Positions 37,740-50,085 of a stretch of 64,000 bases of DNA are shown in pieces. The notes below the pieces were generated by a model. It was not told where the DNA came from, did no database searches, and was given only the letters and a program-made list of their open reading frames with translations. Source of the DNA: Massalongia carnosa. Lineage: Eukaryota. The stretch's first letter is position 1; every line of letters starts with the position of its first letter. Position numbers and translations under genes: made by a program. Location: contig OZ287072.1 of assembly GCA_965645245.1 (NCBI GenBank), positions 682,001 through 746,000 of the forward strand, read 5' to 3'.

Positions 37740-39950
37740 ATGGCACAGCGAAAATTACAACAAGAAATCGACAAATGCTATAAGAAAGTCTCTGAGGGAA
37801 TTCAAGCTTTTGAAAGTATTTACGACAAAATCCAGCAGACAACCAATGCTTCGCAGAAGGAGAAGCTTGAGGATTCGCTCAAGAGGGAGATCAAAAAGCT
37901 CCAGAGACATCGAGATCAGATAAAGACCTGGGCGGCTAGCAATGAAATCAAGGATAAGAAACCGCTGCTGGAGCAGCGGAAGCTCATCGAGAACGTAAGT
38001 TTAGTTTGCTGTCGGTATATTTTGGGTAACGAGGAGCGACTAACAAAAACCATCACAACAGCAAATGGAAAAGTTCAAGGCGGTTGAGAAGGAAATGAAG
38101 ACAAAGGCATTTTCGAAGGAGGGCTTGTCGGCTGCGGCGAAGCTAGATCCTAAAGAAAAAGAAAAGCTTGAAGCATGTCAGTTCCTGTCGAATATGGTGG
38201 AGGAGCTTGAGCGACAAGTCGAGACGTTGGAGGCTGAAGAAGAGACCCTACAAGCCACTGTCAAGAAGGGTAAAAAGGACATGGGGAAGTCAGATCGGCT
38301 ATCCGAAATTGGGAGGTTGACTGAACGACATAAATGGCACCAAAGCAAGTTGGAGCTACTTCTTCGATCGTTGGAGAATGGAAATGTCGAAACGGAACAG
38401 GTCCACGAGCTCGAAGACAGTATCAAATATTACGTGGAAGAGAACCAGTCGGTAGAATTCATGGAAGATGATACAATATATGACGATTTGAATCTGGAGG
38501 AGGATGAAGGGGCATTCGGGATGAACAACGACAATGACCGGGTGTCATCACAAGACACGCAGTCGATACAGGATGATTTACCCGAAACAGCAGATGGGCG
38601 AGGTCCTAGCATGAGTAGCGGTAAACCGAAGTCGTCCTCAGTATCAGAACCACAGGTATCAGCAGCCAGACGGCCTTCAAATCAGCTGAAATCACCTCTA
38701 CCTGCCCTGGCCACATTACATACTCCTTTAGCCAATATATCTCACAGCGTGCCCACCAATGTCATGAAACCAGCACCATTACCGACACGGTTGCCCGGGG
38801 AAACGCTGAAATATGCTTCAGCTGCCGCCGCTGCTGCAGCAAGCGAAAAGAGCGCTATGGGAATAGCACCACTACCTCCGCCACAAAATACCGTAGTAGC
38901 ACCAGCTGCGGTATCCGCTTCTGCATCTAGCACAGTTCCTTTGTCGTCTGCCATCCAGCCAAGCCCTGCCCCGAGAAGTAGCGCTGCGACATCTCCTAGC
39001 GGCGCGCCCTCTCTTCCAACAAGTGTCGGCCACACTCCTGCTCAGCAAGCAGCAGTACCTCTGGCAGCGGGTGGAGAAGGCAATTTGAGTAGCGAGGCTC
39101 AGACCAGGTCTTCGCCTCAAATCCAGTCAAGTCCTATAGCCACCACCAGCAACCATCACACAATCCCACCCCCAAATCTGTCCGAAGTCGTCGAGATACC
39201 GGCTTCTTCAAGGTTTAAGGCTCCATGGCAAGATCAATCTCAAAACAATCAGTCTTCATCCTTGGAGCTAGATTCGCCTCCCGACCTCTCTTCACCACAG
39301 AACATTCCAGCGGAACACATTGATGGCGGGTCGCTTGTAGATGTAGTGAAGGAAGATGAATCAATCTATCATCTCCCTCCAGGTCTACAAGACCTCGTCC
39401 AGTCGTTTGAGGCTACCAAGAGCCGACCACCTGCCACACCTTCGCCATCTGTGCAACGGCTTTTGAGTGCTTCGCATGCTACATGCCCTGATTTTCTGGA
39501 TGCTGAGAAGCCACGGCATTATAGACCGCAAACCAAATACTCAACGCCACGCTATTATCCGCAAGAGCCGTTTGTGACAATCGATGATCCTAGCCTTTAT
39601 GGTAAGATTGACACAGATACGCTCTTCTACATTTTCTACTACCGACAGAATACGTATCAGCAATATATGGCAGCAAAGTCCCTGAAAAGCCAAAGCTGGC
39701 GATTTCATAAGCAGTACCAGACATGGTTTCAGCGACATGAGGAACCTAAGACTATAACGGAGGAGTACGAAGAAGGGACTTATCGATTCTTTGACTATGA
39801 AAGCACGTGGTAAGCCCTTTCCCCTTCTTTTGCCAAGCGCGATCCGCTTGATTAGGGAACAAGATGCTAAAGTACCATTTGTCAATTAGGATGAACCGAC
39901 GAAAGGCAAACTTTAAGTTTGCGTACAAATTTTTAGAGGATGACCTGTGA
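37740..39950 (+). CDS. not3: CCR4-NOT subunit Not3/Not5, 3 exons
   Basis: N-terminal [20 protein letters not shown] and [24 protein letters not shown] box [41 protein letters not shown]. Confidence 0.95.
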
Positions 39951-42190
39951 TTGGGGATTCAATTTGGCGCAGGTACTGTAGGGAAGGGACTAGTTTTATA
40001 AGGGCTTGCCGCTCTTAGCATAGCGGGGTTATTGAATCAATTGCTGACATCAGTGGGCTGAGATTGCCCAACCGATGCAATTTCTCAAAGCCTCAATAGT
40101 TCCCCGACCACATTCCTTATTGAGTTGACCGTGTTACCGCTGCATGTTGTGTGCATCGTCTCCACAAAGATTTGATAATCGATGAGCTTCATCTAGAGCT
40201 TTCCAGTTGAATAAACTAAGAGACTCAGCTTGCCGGAAGCCAGCCAGCCAGCCCACTGTATATATCTCCGCAGACCATCGTGGCTTGGCTCTGTTGCTCC
40301 TCTTCTCTAACAAAATACTGGAAAACGCGTACGACTGTACACGTTTTATTCTGCTAGGTTTCCTGAGTCTTGATTCTTAGGGTCTTTGTGTTCAACACAT
40401 TTGTTTCAGTTAGCCAATATTTTTCTTACGTTATTCGACACGGTTTTCATGACCTCTTACTAGCAGGTGACATACGCTATGTCAAATGGTTTTTTCCCGC
40501 GCGAAGCCTCAGAGTGGATGGGATAAGGCTGGGAAACTAGGCGCATTCTGTTTGGCCTCCACTGTAGCCCCATTTCATCAGGTTTCAACAAGGCTTGAGG
40601 AAAGCAATCAAGAGCACCACGCTAAGAAGTTGACCTTTTCTAAAATGTCAAGTAAGCCCTTCTTTTTTGATCAATCAGCATCTCATAAAAATTGCGCAAA
40701 CAGAGTCCCAGCCCAGAATAAGAAGTGGTCTGTTCCGCAGTTGCCTTCTTGTCACCATCTGGGCGTTTGACCATCAACAATATTAACTCAACGTCGATAA
40801 TGCCTTTCATTCCGCGCTAGTATCAAGGACCGTGTCTTGTGAGTGTGCAACATACTACTTCCATGGCGGTATGAATCCGCTGACGAGAAATCTAGAAGTT
40901 GTCCCCTGGGTTCATGTTTCTGCGCCCGGATCGCTAAATAAATATTTATGCCCATAAATCCCGCAAAAATCGAATAGATTGATACTCTACTCAATAGTGG
41001 AGAGCCAACGCTGTCAACATGAAAGCGTTGGCTTACATCTCACGCCGCTGCAAAGATGCCATTACATCCGGGTTGGATGATAGATCTATCTGACAAGGCT
41101 GACATATGGTCGAGGAGGCTACTTATCCTATACAAAGCCTTGCGGCGCAGCTAAACTCCACTTTTCCTATAACGAAGCCTAGATTTTGGCAATACGACAC
41201 ACCGGGTTTGTTTGCTAGCAACCAGGCAAGATTTCCATGTTTCCTATTACATTCTTGCTGGGGTTTCGAAGGCGGTATTGCATTACCGGTGGAGCTTGAA
41301 GCTGAAAAATTATGGCAATGTAGTCCAGGGCTATGGGTGCTTCACCTTTCTATTGGGCACCCTCTCGTTGGCACTGTTCGCTTCACCAACTCTACATATC
41401 CCAATGTGCTAGCATAGCAGGCAACAATATTTTCCTTTCACATGCAGCCGTGGACTAAGCATCCTTCGGCCACTTATCTGTAGTCGAAATTTATGTCATT
41501 GTCCTTGGTCTTTGCTTTCTTCTATAAGCCCTAACAATCGCTTGAAGTTATGAGGCATACATCAGCACTTTAAAGGTTGCACGGGCCGTACCGGTTAATC
41601 TGGGGCATCCAACCACAGCCTTCAAGCAGGCCATCATAACCATTCAGATATCGGAACCTACTGTATTCTCTGATAGCAGAAGCTTCATCTTCCTAAATTT
41701 TTCTCCTTTTCAAGGCGAGCGTCGTTTCGCTTCATCTTTATTTCACTCTGTACCCGGATCAGATCAGATCTATCATGTCCCACATGATCTGAAGCCCGTT
41801 TCATTCCGACTTATTCGGTTTCAAGACCGGGGATTGAGGCCGGGATACCATCACAGCATCGCCCCGTAGACCAGCATTCCTTCTCAGAAAGCATGGTGTC
41901 CGCATGGCAAATTCTGTCGTTAAGATTACACTTCCAGAATTCTTCGCCTGGTCAGGCCTTCAAACCCACTACATCCCCCCAAGGGATAAGAGTCTCTTCG
42001 TCATCACGCATTTAAATATCAGTCCTGCAAAGCACATTCTTATTCTACATCAATATCATTAAGAGTATCAATTTAGCTCTCGACCTTTACTTTTACATAC
42101 CCTGCTCGCTTGTGTTATCTCAATTCTTTCAAGCCAACTGTCATCAAGCTTCGCTTTACCCTACCTTTCTTTGTAACAATCATCTCCCAA

Positions 42191-42699
42191 ATGTCATACT
42201 CTTCTCAACGAAACATGCCCGTGAGCCCATTCTTTTTGATGCAGGATTCTCGTTCATCAAACTTATCAATTCCCTCGCAGTATCCCTATCCTAATCACCG
42301 ATCTGCTCAAGATGATCGAAACTTAAAAAACTGTCAAAACGTTCAGAAATATAATCTTTATCAACCTGACTCCACATCTTCGACTCGATATCACACGATG
42401 TCAATCCCGAGAGATCTTAGCAACCAATCTCACGATTCACAAAATTTGTCATACTCTTCTCAACGATACATGCCCGTGAGCCCATTCTTTTTGGTGCAGG
42501 ATTCTCGTTCATCAAACTTATTATCCTCTCGCAGTATCTTTACTCTAATCGTCAACCTGCTCAAGATGATCGGGACTCCGGAACTCGTCAAAACGTTCAG
42601 GAATATAGTCTTTATCAGCCTGGCTCCACATCTTCGGATCAATATCACACGGTGTCAATTCAGAGAAATCATAGCAATCAATCTCACGGCTCACAAGAT
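42191..42699. repeat. Tandem duplication of a 255/254-bp exon+intron unit
   Basis: Copy 1 is 42191-42445 and copy 2 is 42446-42699. Both start (A/T)TGTCATACTCTTCTCAACGA and carry near-identical GTGAGC...CTCGCAG introns. Confidence 0.95.
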
Positions 42700-43482
42700 T
42701 CTGGATACGTCTCAGGCCTCACTCCCCCCATTGTGCCTTTCTCGCGGGAAATGCACTCGTCCCAGACGAGCATTGATGCATACTATTGCTATCGAGACAA
42801 TGGCAATCCAATCCAGCAGCCATCAAAGCAACGCACACCGAGCCAAAGCACGCGGAATACTATCAAGACCCGTCCTGTCTCTCAAGCACCAGGCGGAGAC
42901 GGACTTGGAGAGGGAGAGGAGGGTTTGGTGGATGGATTGAAGGGCGGAGTCGTGCGTGAAGAGGGCATGGACGGCCTACGTCCATGCCGCGAAGTCAGTC
43001 AGCCATGCAAAACCACTCAAAGACGAAGGTGAGTTTCGTATGTTCGGTCCTATACTATAGCACCCTCTCGATCGTATCCACCTATTCAACTCCCTAGCTC
43101 CTAGATTTCACCACCCATCCAAACCCCTCGCCCACGAAATCCCTTTCAGCTAACCGCCCGTCCTCACAGAACATCCCCTGCAACCCCCCCCCTTACTAAG
43201 CCCGAAACTAAAAAACCTTATTTATGCGTTGCCCCCAATTGCGACGCAACCTTTGGGCGGCCCCATGACCTCAAAAGACACCAGAACACAGTGCACTTCA
43301 AAGACATATACATAGACTGCTCCGAGCCTGGATGCCTGCGCGTCGGCAAGCCTGACCCGACTGGCAGCGCCAAGGGCGGCTTCCAGCGCTTGGATCATTT
43401 TCGCGAGCATGTGAGAACTGTACATAAGAAGGAGGTGCGGTGTGATCAGTACGGGAGGTGGAGGGTGGTCGTTGAGGGATAA
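42191..43482 (+). CDS. Orphan-like C2H2 zinc-finger protein (two C-terminal fingers) with an internally duplicated N-terminus, 4 exons, about 343 aa
   Basis: Exons 42191-42220, 42281-42475, 42535-43028 and 43170-43482 join in one frame (1032 nt). Fingers: KPYLCVAPNCDATFGRPHDLKRHQNTVH and IDCSEPGC..GFQRLDHFREHVRTVH. Confidence 0.75.
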
Positions 43483-44852
43483 TCGAAGAGAAGGGGCCAA
43501 AGGGGTTGAAAAGCTAGAGGCATGTCGTTCTGGACATGTCATAGGTGTCGGTGGAGCGGATAGGTTCCTTCCACGTTTCCGCCACCGTCTGTCTTCCCAT
43601 CGCATAACTCTCGGCGACTTCCATCCGCTGCCATATCACCACTTCAAACCAGGACTTGGATGTTAGCGTACTACCCTCCCATCCCTCACCACGATGGCAT
43701 CCCGTTTCCACTTCTAACGTTCGGATCCGAGTCTTTGTTAGAACTAGGCTTATGTATTCTTCCTCGGCGAATCGGTCATGACAGCGTTTGTTTCCTCATT
43801 ATTTCCCACCATTTACACTTTTCCTTCCTTTCCCTTTCTACGTCATCAAGCTGTTCTTTACCCGCAAGGGATTGGTGGTTCTAGGTTACAAAACGTTACG
43901 TATGTACCAGCCACGCGAATTACGGCGCACGGTTATGAATAAACGGGGACAGGTAAAAAGATAGGGACGAGGTGTATATCATCGGAGGTACTTGTGATTT
44001 TTTATTTTCCTTCGTTCTTTCCATCTTTCCTTCCTTTCGTCTCGTTTCTTGTTTTCCCTTTTTTTTTCTGCAGGGTTTAAGTTTTGTTTAGGCAGAATTT
44101 GCGATTTCCGCTGGAGCTGGCTGGGAGGGGGGGCAGTGTAAAGAGTAAAGGGCAAACGAAGACAGGGAGGCTGTGTATGTATACATACCTAGGTGCGGGG
44201 ATGGTAGGGCTGGGGCTGGGTAAAGGCTGGGTTGATGTCTCGCGTACAAGGCTGCGATATCTTTTGGGGCATGGGGGTTGGCGTGGAACTGTAGTGTACT
44301 TCACCGCATCTTCCTCTCTCTATATCTCTTCGTTAGAGTTTGTATTCCTCCCTAGAATTTTCCTATGGTTTGGGGTTTAGAGGGAACGGGTAGGGAACCT
44401 AGAGGTGTTGGGTTCGTATGCATGTATGTAGATATGAAATATACACGGGGTTTGTACATCTGGTTTCCGCTGTCTTTTTTCTTTTCTTTTCGGATTTGTG
44501 TATGTAAGATAGGTGGAATAGTAACTCGTTAGGTAGGTCCCCCAAAGAATCATTACACTGCGCTTTGTCTAAGCCGAATAAGGAAGGAGGATTGTATGGG
44601 AAACACCGAGTCGTTAATGCAGTTGAGGAGAGGGTAACGCTTGTTATCACTTGCCATGTACAGGCACCCAACAGTCGTCCGTTGGAGACGACTCATGTAC
44701 AGGTGGATAATCTACCGGTGTCTATTGAACAAGGGAAGACGCTAGGAGCCCTTCCCACTTAACCAAACCTCCCAGAAACTCCAAGTCATTAATAAACTTG
44801 AAAATCAAGCCACGGCCAAGCTCACTCCCACACCGGAATGGCTCGACCTTCC

Positions 44853-47006
44853 CTAAACTCGCCTGATGATCATTCTGCTCAACTGGCACTTGGCTGGTCC
44901 CACGTCGCTGTTCGAGCCGGTTTCGCCCTCGTCGTTGGTTGTTAGGCGGGTTGAGAGTGGGGGGGAATCAGAGCATATGCGGCGAATCGTGGCAGACGGC
45001 TCTTGCTGTGGCTCTTGCTGCGACTCGATACGCCTTACTGGAACCTTAATGGCCCACTTCCGCTTCAAGCGAGAGGATTTCTGCTTCAACACGCCCTTTC
45101 GCATCCAGTTGCGATCTAACTCCAAGGCTTTAGCGAGGAGGTGAGATAGGCTGTCAACAAGCCGATACTGGCCAACGGCATCGAGGTCGGAGAGAATGAA
45201 TTTTTCCTTCATCAGCCTGGAGTTCCTGGCGATTATCCGTGACCTCCTCTTCGTCTTTGCCTTCAACTTACTTTCACGGCTGTACGAGGAGATATAATTA
45301 TGCGGCGGACAAATGCCCACAATGACCTTTCCGGCAGACCTGCTCCACACATATGCCCTGCCTTGGGACTCGTCAAACGAGATATGTGAATTATTGTACA
45401 TGAGGTTCGCTTTCACCAAAGCCCGAAGCTTTGATGTCACGAGGCCATCAGTGCAAGCTGATCTCCAGATGACCCGTGCAAAATTGTACAGTCGGCTTCG
45501 CCATGCTTGCATCAGGAGGATTTCATACATCTTTTTGTCGGGCTCTACGTGATTGTTTTCTTTAAGCTGCAAAACATTGATGGTGAGAAGATGATCCCGT
45601 TCTCGCGAGCATGCTTGCAGTAGCGTATTGAGCGTTACCACATTGACTCTCATACCACGACCCTTCAGAGTATCGAGCATGTCGATGGCTTCTGAAGGAG
45701 GTTTCCATCGGCAAACCTCGCGTAGAATGGCATTACCACTCGACGCTGACATCCACTCTGTCCCGAATTGCAAGTCCATATGAGCAAGAAAATATTCAAG
45801 GTCGAAATCAATGCCGAAGAACTGGCTTATCTCGTCACCCACGACCAAGCGTGCAACTTGCTTGGCTGTGGAAGTACTTTTCAATAAACCTCTCTCTCGC
45901 ATGTGATCTACAATTGCTGATCGGGCTTCTTTCGATTGCACCACTAGTACAAGCGCTGTCCACCAACTTGCGATGGGCATAATTCCACGGCGGATAAACA
46001 TTCGGAGGAGATGTGTAAAATTATGGAGATCCTTGTATTTAGCTGTCCAGTGCAGCATAATACCTATCGTCTCCGAGGGAATATCCATGCGCAGCCATTC
46101 CATGAAAACGAAGAGAGACATAGCTTCGGGTATTTGATTTGTTCCGTATAAGAAAGACAGCGCCATATTAAAAACTCTAGGACATAAAGACTCTCTTGCG
46201 CGTGCACTCTTCAACGTACGCGCTATGATCCTCGACACAGCCACGACACGGGATTCTCCTTTGGCATAGAGGCGGCGCTGGGCGGAGGGTGTAACCGAAG
46301 ACATTGCAAGCTGCTCAATATAGTTGCAGAGTTTATCTTCTGTCCAATTCAGAGGTACATCTATCTGATCAACATGAAGGTGACACTGCTCTGACTTCTG
46401 GGCCGGCCGCACTTTTCGAATGGTGAGCTGCTGCACAAGCTCGACATCATGAGCCTTGGTATGTTTTCGAAGAATCTCTAAAGGAATACCCCAATCATAG
46501 GAGGTGATACCTCTGTCTTTCAGGAGATCATTCACGTGGGCCTTTTCACTCTTATGCCTACGCACCTTCTCAGCTACAGCCCTTCTCCGCTGGAATCTAC
46601 GCTGTTCTGATGATATTTCAACTCTTGAATCGCTGCGCTTTTCCATTACCGTGGGCAGGGCCAATGGCTCGCTCCAGGGCTTGAGAGGTTGTGACCGTAG
46701 AATGTCCCTAGATTGGCCTTCTTCACGGTACTCAGCCGTGAAAGGACTCGAAATTGGCGACTTTGTTTTTGGTTCATCTGCAAGTTCGGTGGGAGTTTTC
46801 TCCTGATACTGGACATGATCTCCTCCTTGAGTGCTGGAGTGGTAAAAATCCTTGCTGATACTGTATTTAAAAAGATTGCGCCTTGTAGTTTGAAAACCTT
46901 GAGTTCTAGAAGTGAATGTTGGACAAGAATGAAAATTGTCGAAATCCAAATGCCATCGAAGCAGTAGTTGATTGCTCTTCGTAAGTAGCTTAGTTACCAA
47001 GTACAT
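44853..47006 (-). CDS. Pentatricopeptide-repeat (PPR) protein, probably mitochondrial
   Basis: 717-aa ORF with degenerate 35-aa helical repeats (VFNMALSFLY, GMRVNVVTLNTLLQAC, PDKKMYEILLMQAW) and a basic N-terminus. Confidence 0.7.
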   Translation of the reverse strand: MYLVTKLLTKSNQLLLRWHLDFDNFHSCPTFTSRTQGFQTTRRNLFKYSISKDFYHSSTQGGDHVQYQEKTPTELADEPKTKSPISSPFTAEYREEGQSRDILRSQPLKPWSEPLALPTVMEKRSDSRVEISSEQRRFQRRRAVAEKVRRHKSEKAHVNDLLKDRGITSYDWGIPLEILRKHTKAHDVELVQQLTIRKVRPAQKSEQCHLHVDQIDVPLNWTEDKLCNYIEQLAMSSVTPSAQRRLYAKGESRVVAVSRIIARTLKSARARESLCPRVFNMALSFLYGTNQIPEAMSLFVFMEWLRMDIPSETIGIMLHWTAKYKDLHNFTHLLRMFIRRGIMPIASWWTALVLVVQSKEARSAIVDHMRERGLLKSTSTAKQVARLVVGDEISQFFGIDFDLEYFLAHMDLQFGTEWMSASSGNAILREVCRWKPPSEAIDMLDTLKGRGMRVNVVTLNTLLQACSRERDHLLTINVLQLKENNHVEPDKKMYEILLMQAWRSRLYNFARVIWRSACTDGLVTSKLRALVKANLMYNNSHISFDESQGRAYVWSRSAGKVIVGICPPHNYISSYSRESKLKAKTKRRSRIIARNSRLMKEKFILSDLDAVGQYRLVDSLSHLLAKALELDRNWMRKGVLKQKSSRLKRKWAIKVPVRRIESQQEPQQEPSATIRRICSDSPPLSTRLTTNDEGETGSNSDVGPAKCQLSRMIIRRV

Positions 47007-47294
47007 ATGCTACAGCGATTGCATACTAAACTTGTCGTAAAGAATCATGCCAGTCGTTTGTCGTGTTGGAAAGTCGAAGTGATTTGGCAAGGCGAAGATC
47101 CCAAAAATTCTTGGCACAAAGCTGGAAAGTGCCGCAAAAGCTCCAAGGCAGCGTACAACCATACGTTGACCAACCAAAACAACAAACTCTTCCATCTTCA
47201 CTTCGAAACTACTTCCTTAGGTCTCATATCTTCTTCTAGTCTACTAGCGAATCTTACTACTTGTCTCTACAGCTACTCAGAGAATCTTTTCAAG

Positions 47295-48345
47295 ATGTCA
47301 GGTAATTAGCGTTGACGCCTCAGCGTTCGGCCCTACCGAGAGCTGATCTAGCTGTGCGTTATAGGCAGCGCAGGCTACGACAGGCATATTACCATATTTT
47401 CCGACCAAGGCAGACTCTATCAAGTTGGTTTGTAGCCCAAATATAAAACACTCTTCTCTCCTTACTAACGGAGAACGAAAACTGTTCATCATATGCCGTC
47501 CGGGTATGATTTTGTCATAGTAATATACTTATGTCTACGATCCTATAGAATATGCCTTCAAAGCGATTACTGCTGCAAACATTACCTCTGTTGGAGTTAG
47601 GGGGAAGAACTGTGCGGTAGTGCTGTCACAAAAAAAAGTTCCTGTAAGTGGTGTTCTTCATGAGTAAGGAGAATGCAACTGATTTTCGCTTCAGGATAAA
47701 TTGATTGACCCCTCCTCGGTTTCCCATATATTCAAGCTTTCATCGTCCGTCGGATGCGTTATGACTGGATCAATAGCAGATGCTCGAGCATCCGTAAACA
47801 GAGCAAGAGGCGAAGCGGCTGAGTTCAGGTACAAAAATGGGTATGAAATGCCATGCGATGTCTTAGCGAAACGACTGGCGAATATCAATCAGGTATACAC
47901 GCAACGAGTGAGTGATTATATTCTGTTGTTTGATGTCCGCTTCGGTTGACCTTGGTAGGCATACATGCGTCCGCTAGGTGTGGCTACCACGTTGATCTCC
48001 GTCGACTCCGAATTTGGACCTCAGCTGTACAAATGCGATCCAGCCGGATACTACGTTGGTTACAAAGCAACTGCATCGGGACCGAAACAACAAGAGGCAT
48101 TGAATCATCTAGAAAAGAAGCTAAAAAACAAAGAATGTGCCGAGGGAAGCTGGGAAGATGTGGTGGACTTGGGAATATCAACCCTCAGCACGGTACTCAG
48201 TGTGGACTTCAAAAAGGGGGAATTGGAGGTGGGGATCGTCGGTGGTCCTAAAGTTGGAGACAAGGAAGGATCTGAGACAGGATTCCGGGCTTTGACGGAA
48301 GAGGAGATCGAGGAGAGGTTGCAAGCAATAAGTGAGAAGGACTAG
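47295..48345 (+). CDS. scl1: 20S proteasome subunit alpha1 (PSMA6/Scl1), 5 exons
   Basis: [65 protein letters not shown] and [17 protein letters not shown]. Confidence 0.95.
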
Positions 48346-49348
48346 ATCTCGGAGCTTTCTGGCTTGCTAGCGAAGGCGCATTGGGTGAGTAAGCTCTCCG
48401 AACGTTCGTCGCTGTGGGACGGGTTCCTCGGGAACCTGGAGATCCGTTCGGTATGCTGACGTCAAGAAGGTTCTACAGCTTCTCCGCGATGTACATCTAG
48501 CATTGGCAGCGGTAGAGTACAATAGAATTTTTCCCTCTACGTTCAATGCCATCTCGGTGATTTCTCCCCCTTTGGGTTCAATGATTTCTAAGATCAGGTG
48601 CAGCCACGCTGTGGCTTTGGGGTTTACTCCTCACGTCATCAAGCGAATTGTCGATGAGGTCTAACATTGGTTGTAGTGCTACAGGAACACAACCCTCATG
48701 CTAATGCAGAGTGTGCAGAGTACCTGACCAAGCGGAATCGGGGGCGACTAGTGCACTATTTTTGTTGAGGATTGTGGGACAACGTGGGTGCTGTGGCCAA
48801 TGGCCGAAGAATGCCTTTCAGCTCTTCTTGTGCGTTTGAACTTTAGCTGCATGTTTGAGCCATGACTAAATCCTATTTAGGATATCGTTTGGAAAAACCC
48901 CAACTTTGAGTGGTGTGGCTCGCTTGTGGCTTGCCTGTGGCGCTCTTCCAGCTCGCTCAAAGGACTGCTGCATTGGCTGACATGCTTCTTTCTCCCCTTT
49001 TGCGTTATGATCTGTTCGTCGGGACATTTCATGGTCTCAATTGCTTCCACTCCTGGCTTGCAATAGCATAGTATCGCTGGACTTGCTCGCTTCGATTGTT
49101 CCATCCTGTCATGAACTCCTTCGTCTGTTTTGCCGCCCGCTGGCCTCAAGGGGTGTGCTACTCGCCATTGGTTCAGTTCAATGGGCGGGCAGGACGTTGG
49201 GCTATGAGTTCTTACCCTTTGTTTACCCCTTAGGAAAATGTCATGAGTGGTTCAAAAGGACCTTGCGGGACCGTCAAGAAGGCCATCATCTCGTTTGTGT
49301 CCAGTACCAATGCCGAACACGAAAGCTCCCGCGACTAAAACTAAAACA

Positions 49349-50085
49349 ATGGCAGATGGATGTAAGGATATTTCTGGGAAAACCGTTTGCTTTGTCCGAA
49401 GTTTGCTAATCTGCGTGGCAGTCAACGAAGCACGTGCGATGAGAGTGGCCGAGGTTATGAATGACTACCAGATGCTTCAGCGGTACATCATGCAACCTCA
49501 ACCAAGTCCGTCCAGGGAAGATTACTACGAGGAAGGATATGAAGTGATACGCCAATGCCGAGAAGCCGCCCAGGCCATTCTCTCTGTTCAGTACGATTAT
49601 GAGTTTCAGCAAGTCCCTAGCGGACCCGGCGAGTCAGAGAAGCTGCAACTGCAACGGTAACCCAATCATCAACTGAAGAGAAACACACGAACCCAAAGCT
49701 TATCCTTGCGCCGTTCAGGGTACTCTTGGATGCTAGCGCTCGCCGCTTCCAAGCGCAGAAGGTATACCTCCGACTAGCCGCCGCTACCCGATGGGTGAAC
49801 ACGCGCAATGGGATCCTCCAAGGACAGAAGCAACATGCGGGTCATGTGGCTGCGTTGCAGCAAGCAAACCATACGTTGAGAACGGTAAGGCCTCTCCGGA
49901 TTCGCTCTATTTTGCTCGAAGTTTAAGAAGAGTCACGGCCAGCTAAGAGGTACCAGGATCTCGCGGCTGTTACGAACGAGCGAATCGTCAATGAGCTTCG
50001 AACCAAGGATTGGCAAGCTGGTCATTGGCTTCAGGAAGACCCTTCCTTGCAATCCCTACTCGGATGGATTCGCGCTCATCAATGA
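49349..50085 (+). CDS. Small hypothetical helical protein, 4 exons
   Basis: Exons 49349-49361, 49422-49656, 49719-49884 and 49957-50085 join in frame: MADGFNEARAMRVAEVMNDY...LLDASARRFQAQKVYLR...AGHWLQEDPSLQSLLGWIRAHQ*. Confidence 0.8.

Noticed and set aside
41106..41417. 103-aa and 66-aa ORFs as genes
   Set aside because: No recognisable motif or convincing splice structure.
42446..42940. Frameshifted pseudogene suggested by ORFs 42110-42940 and 42652-43032
   Set aside because: The frame change is explained by the 59-bp intron at 42476-42534.
47427..47548. [D1,2] stwintron in scl1 intron 2
   Set aside because: The G|TAATA reconstruction leaves an outer intron of only about 29 nt and breaks the QV-EY reading frame.
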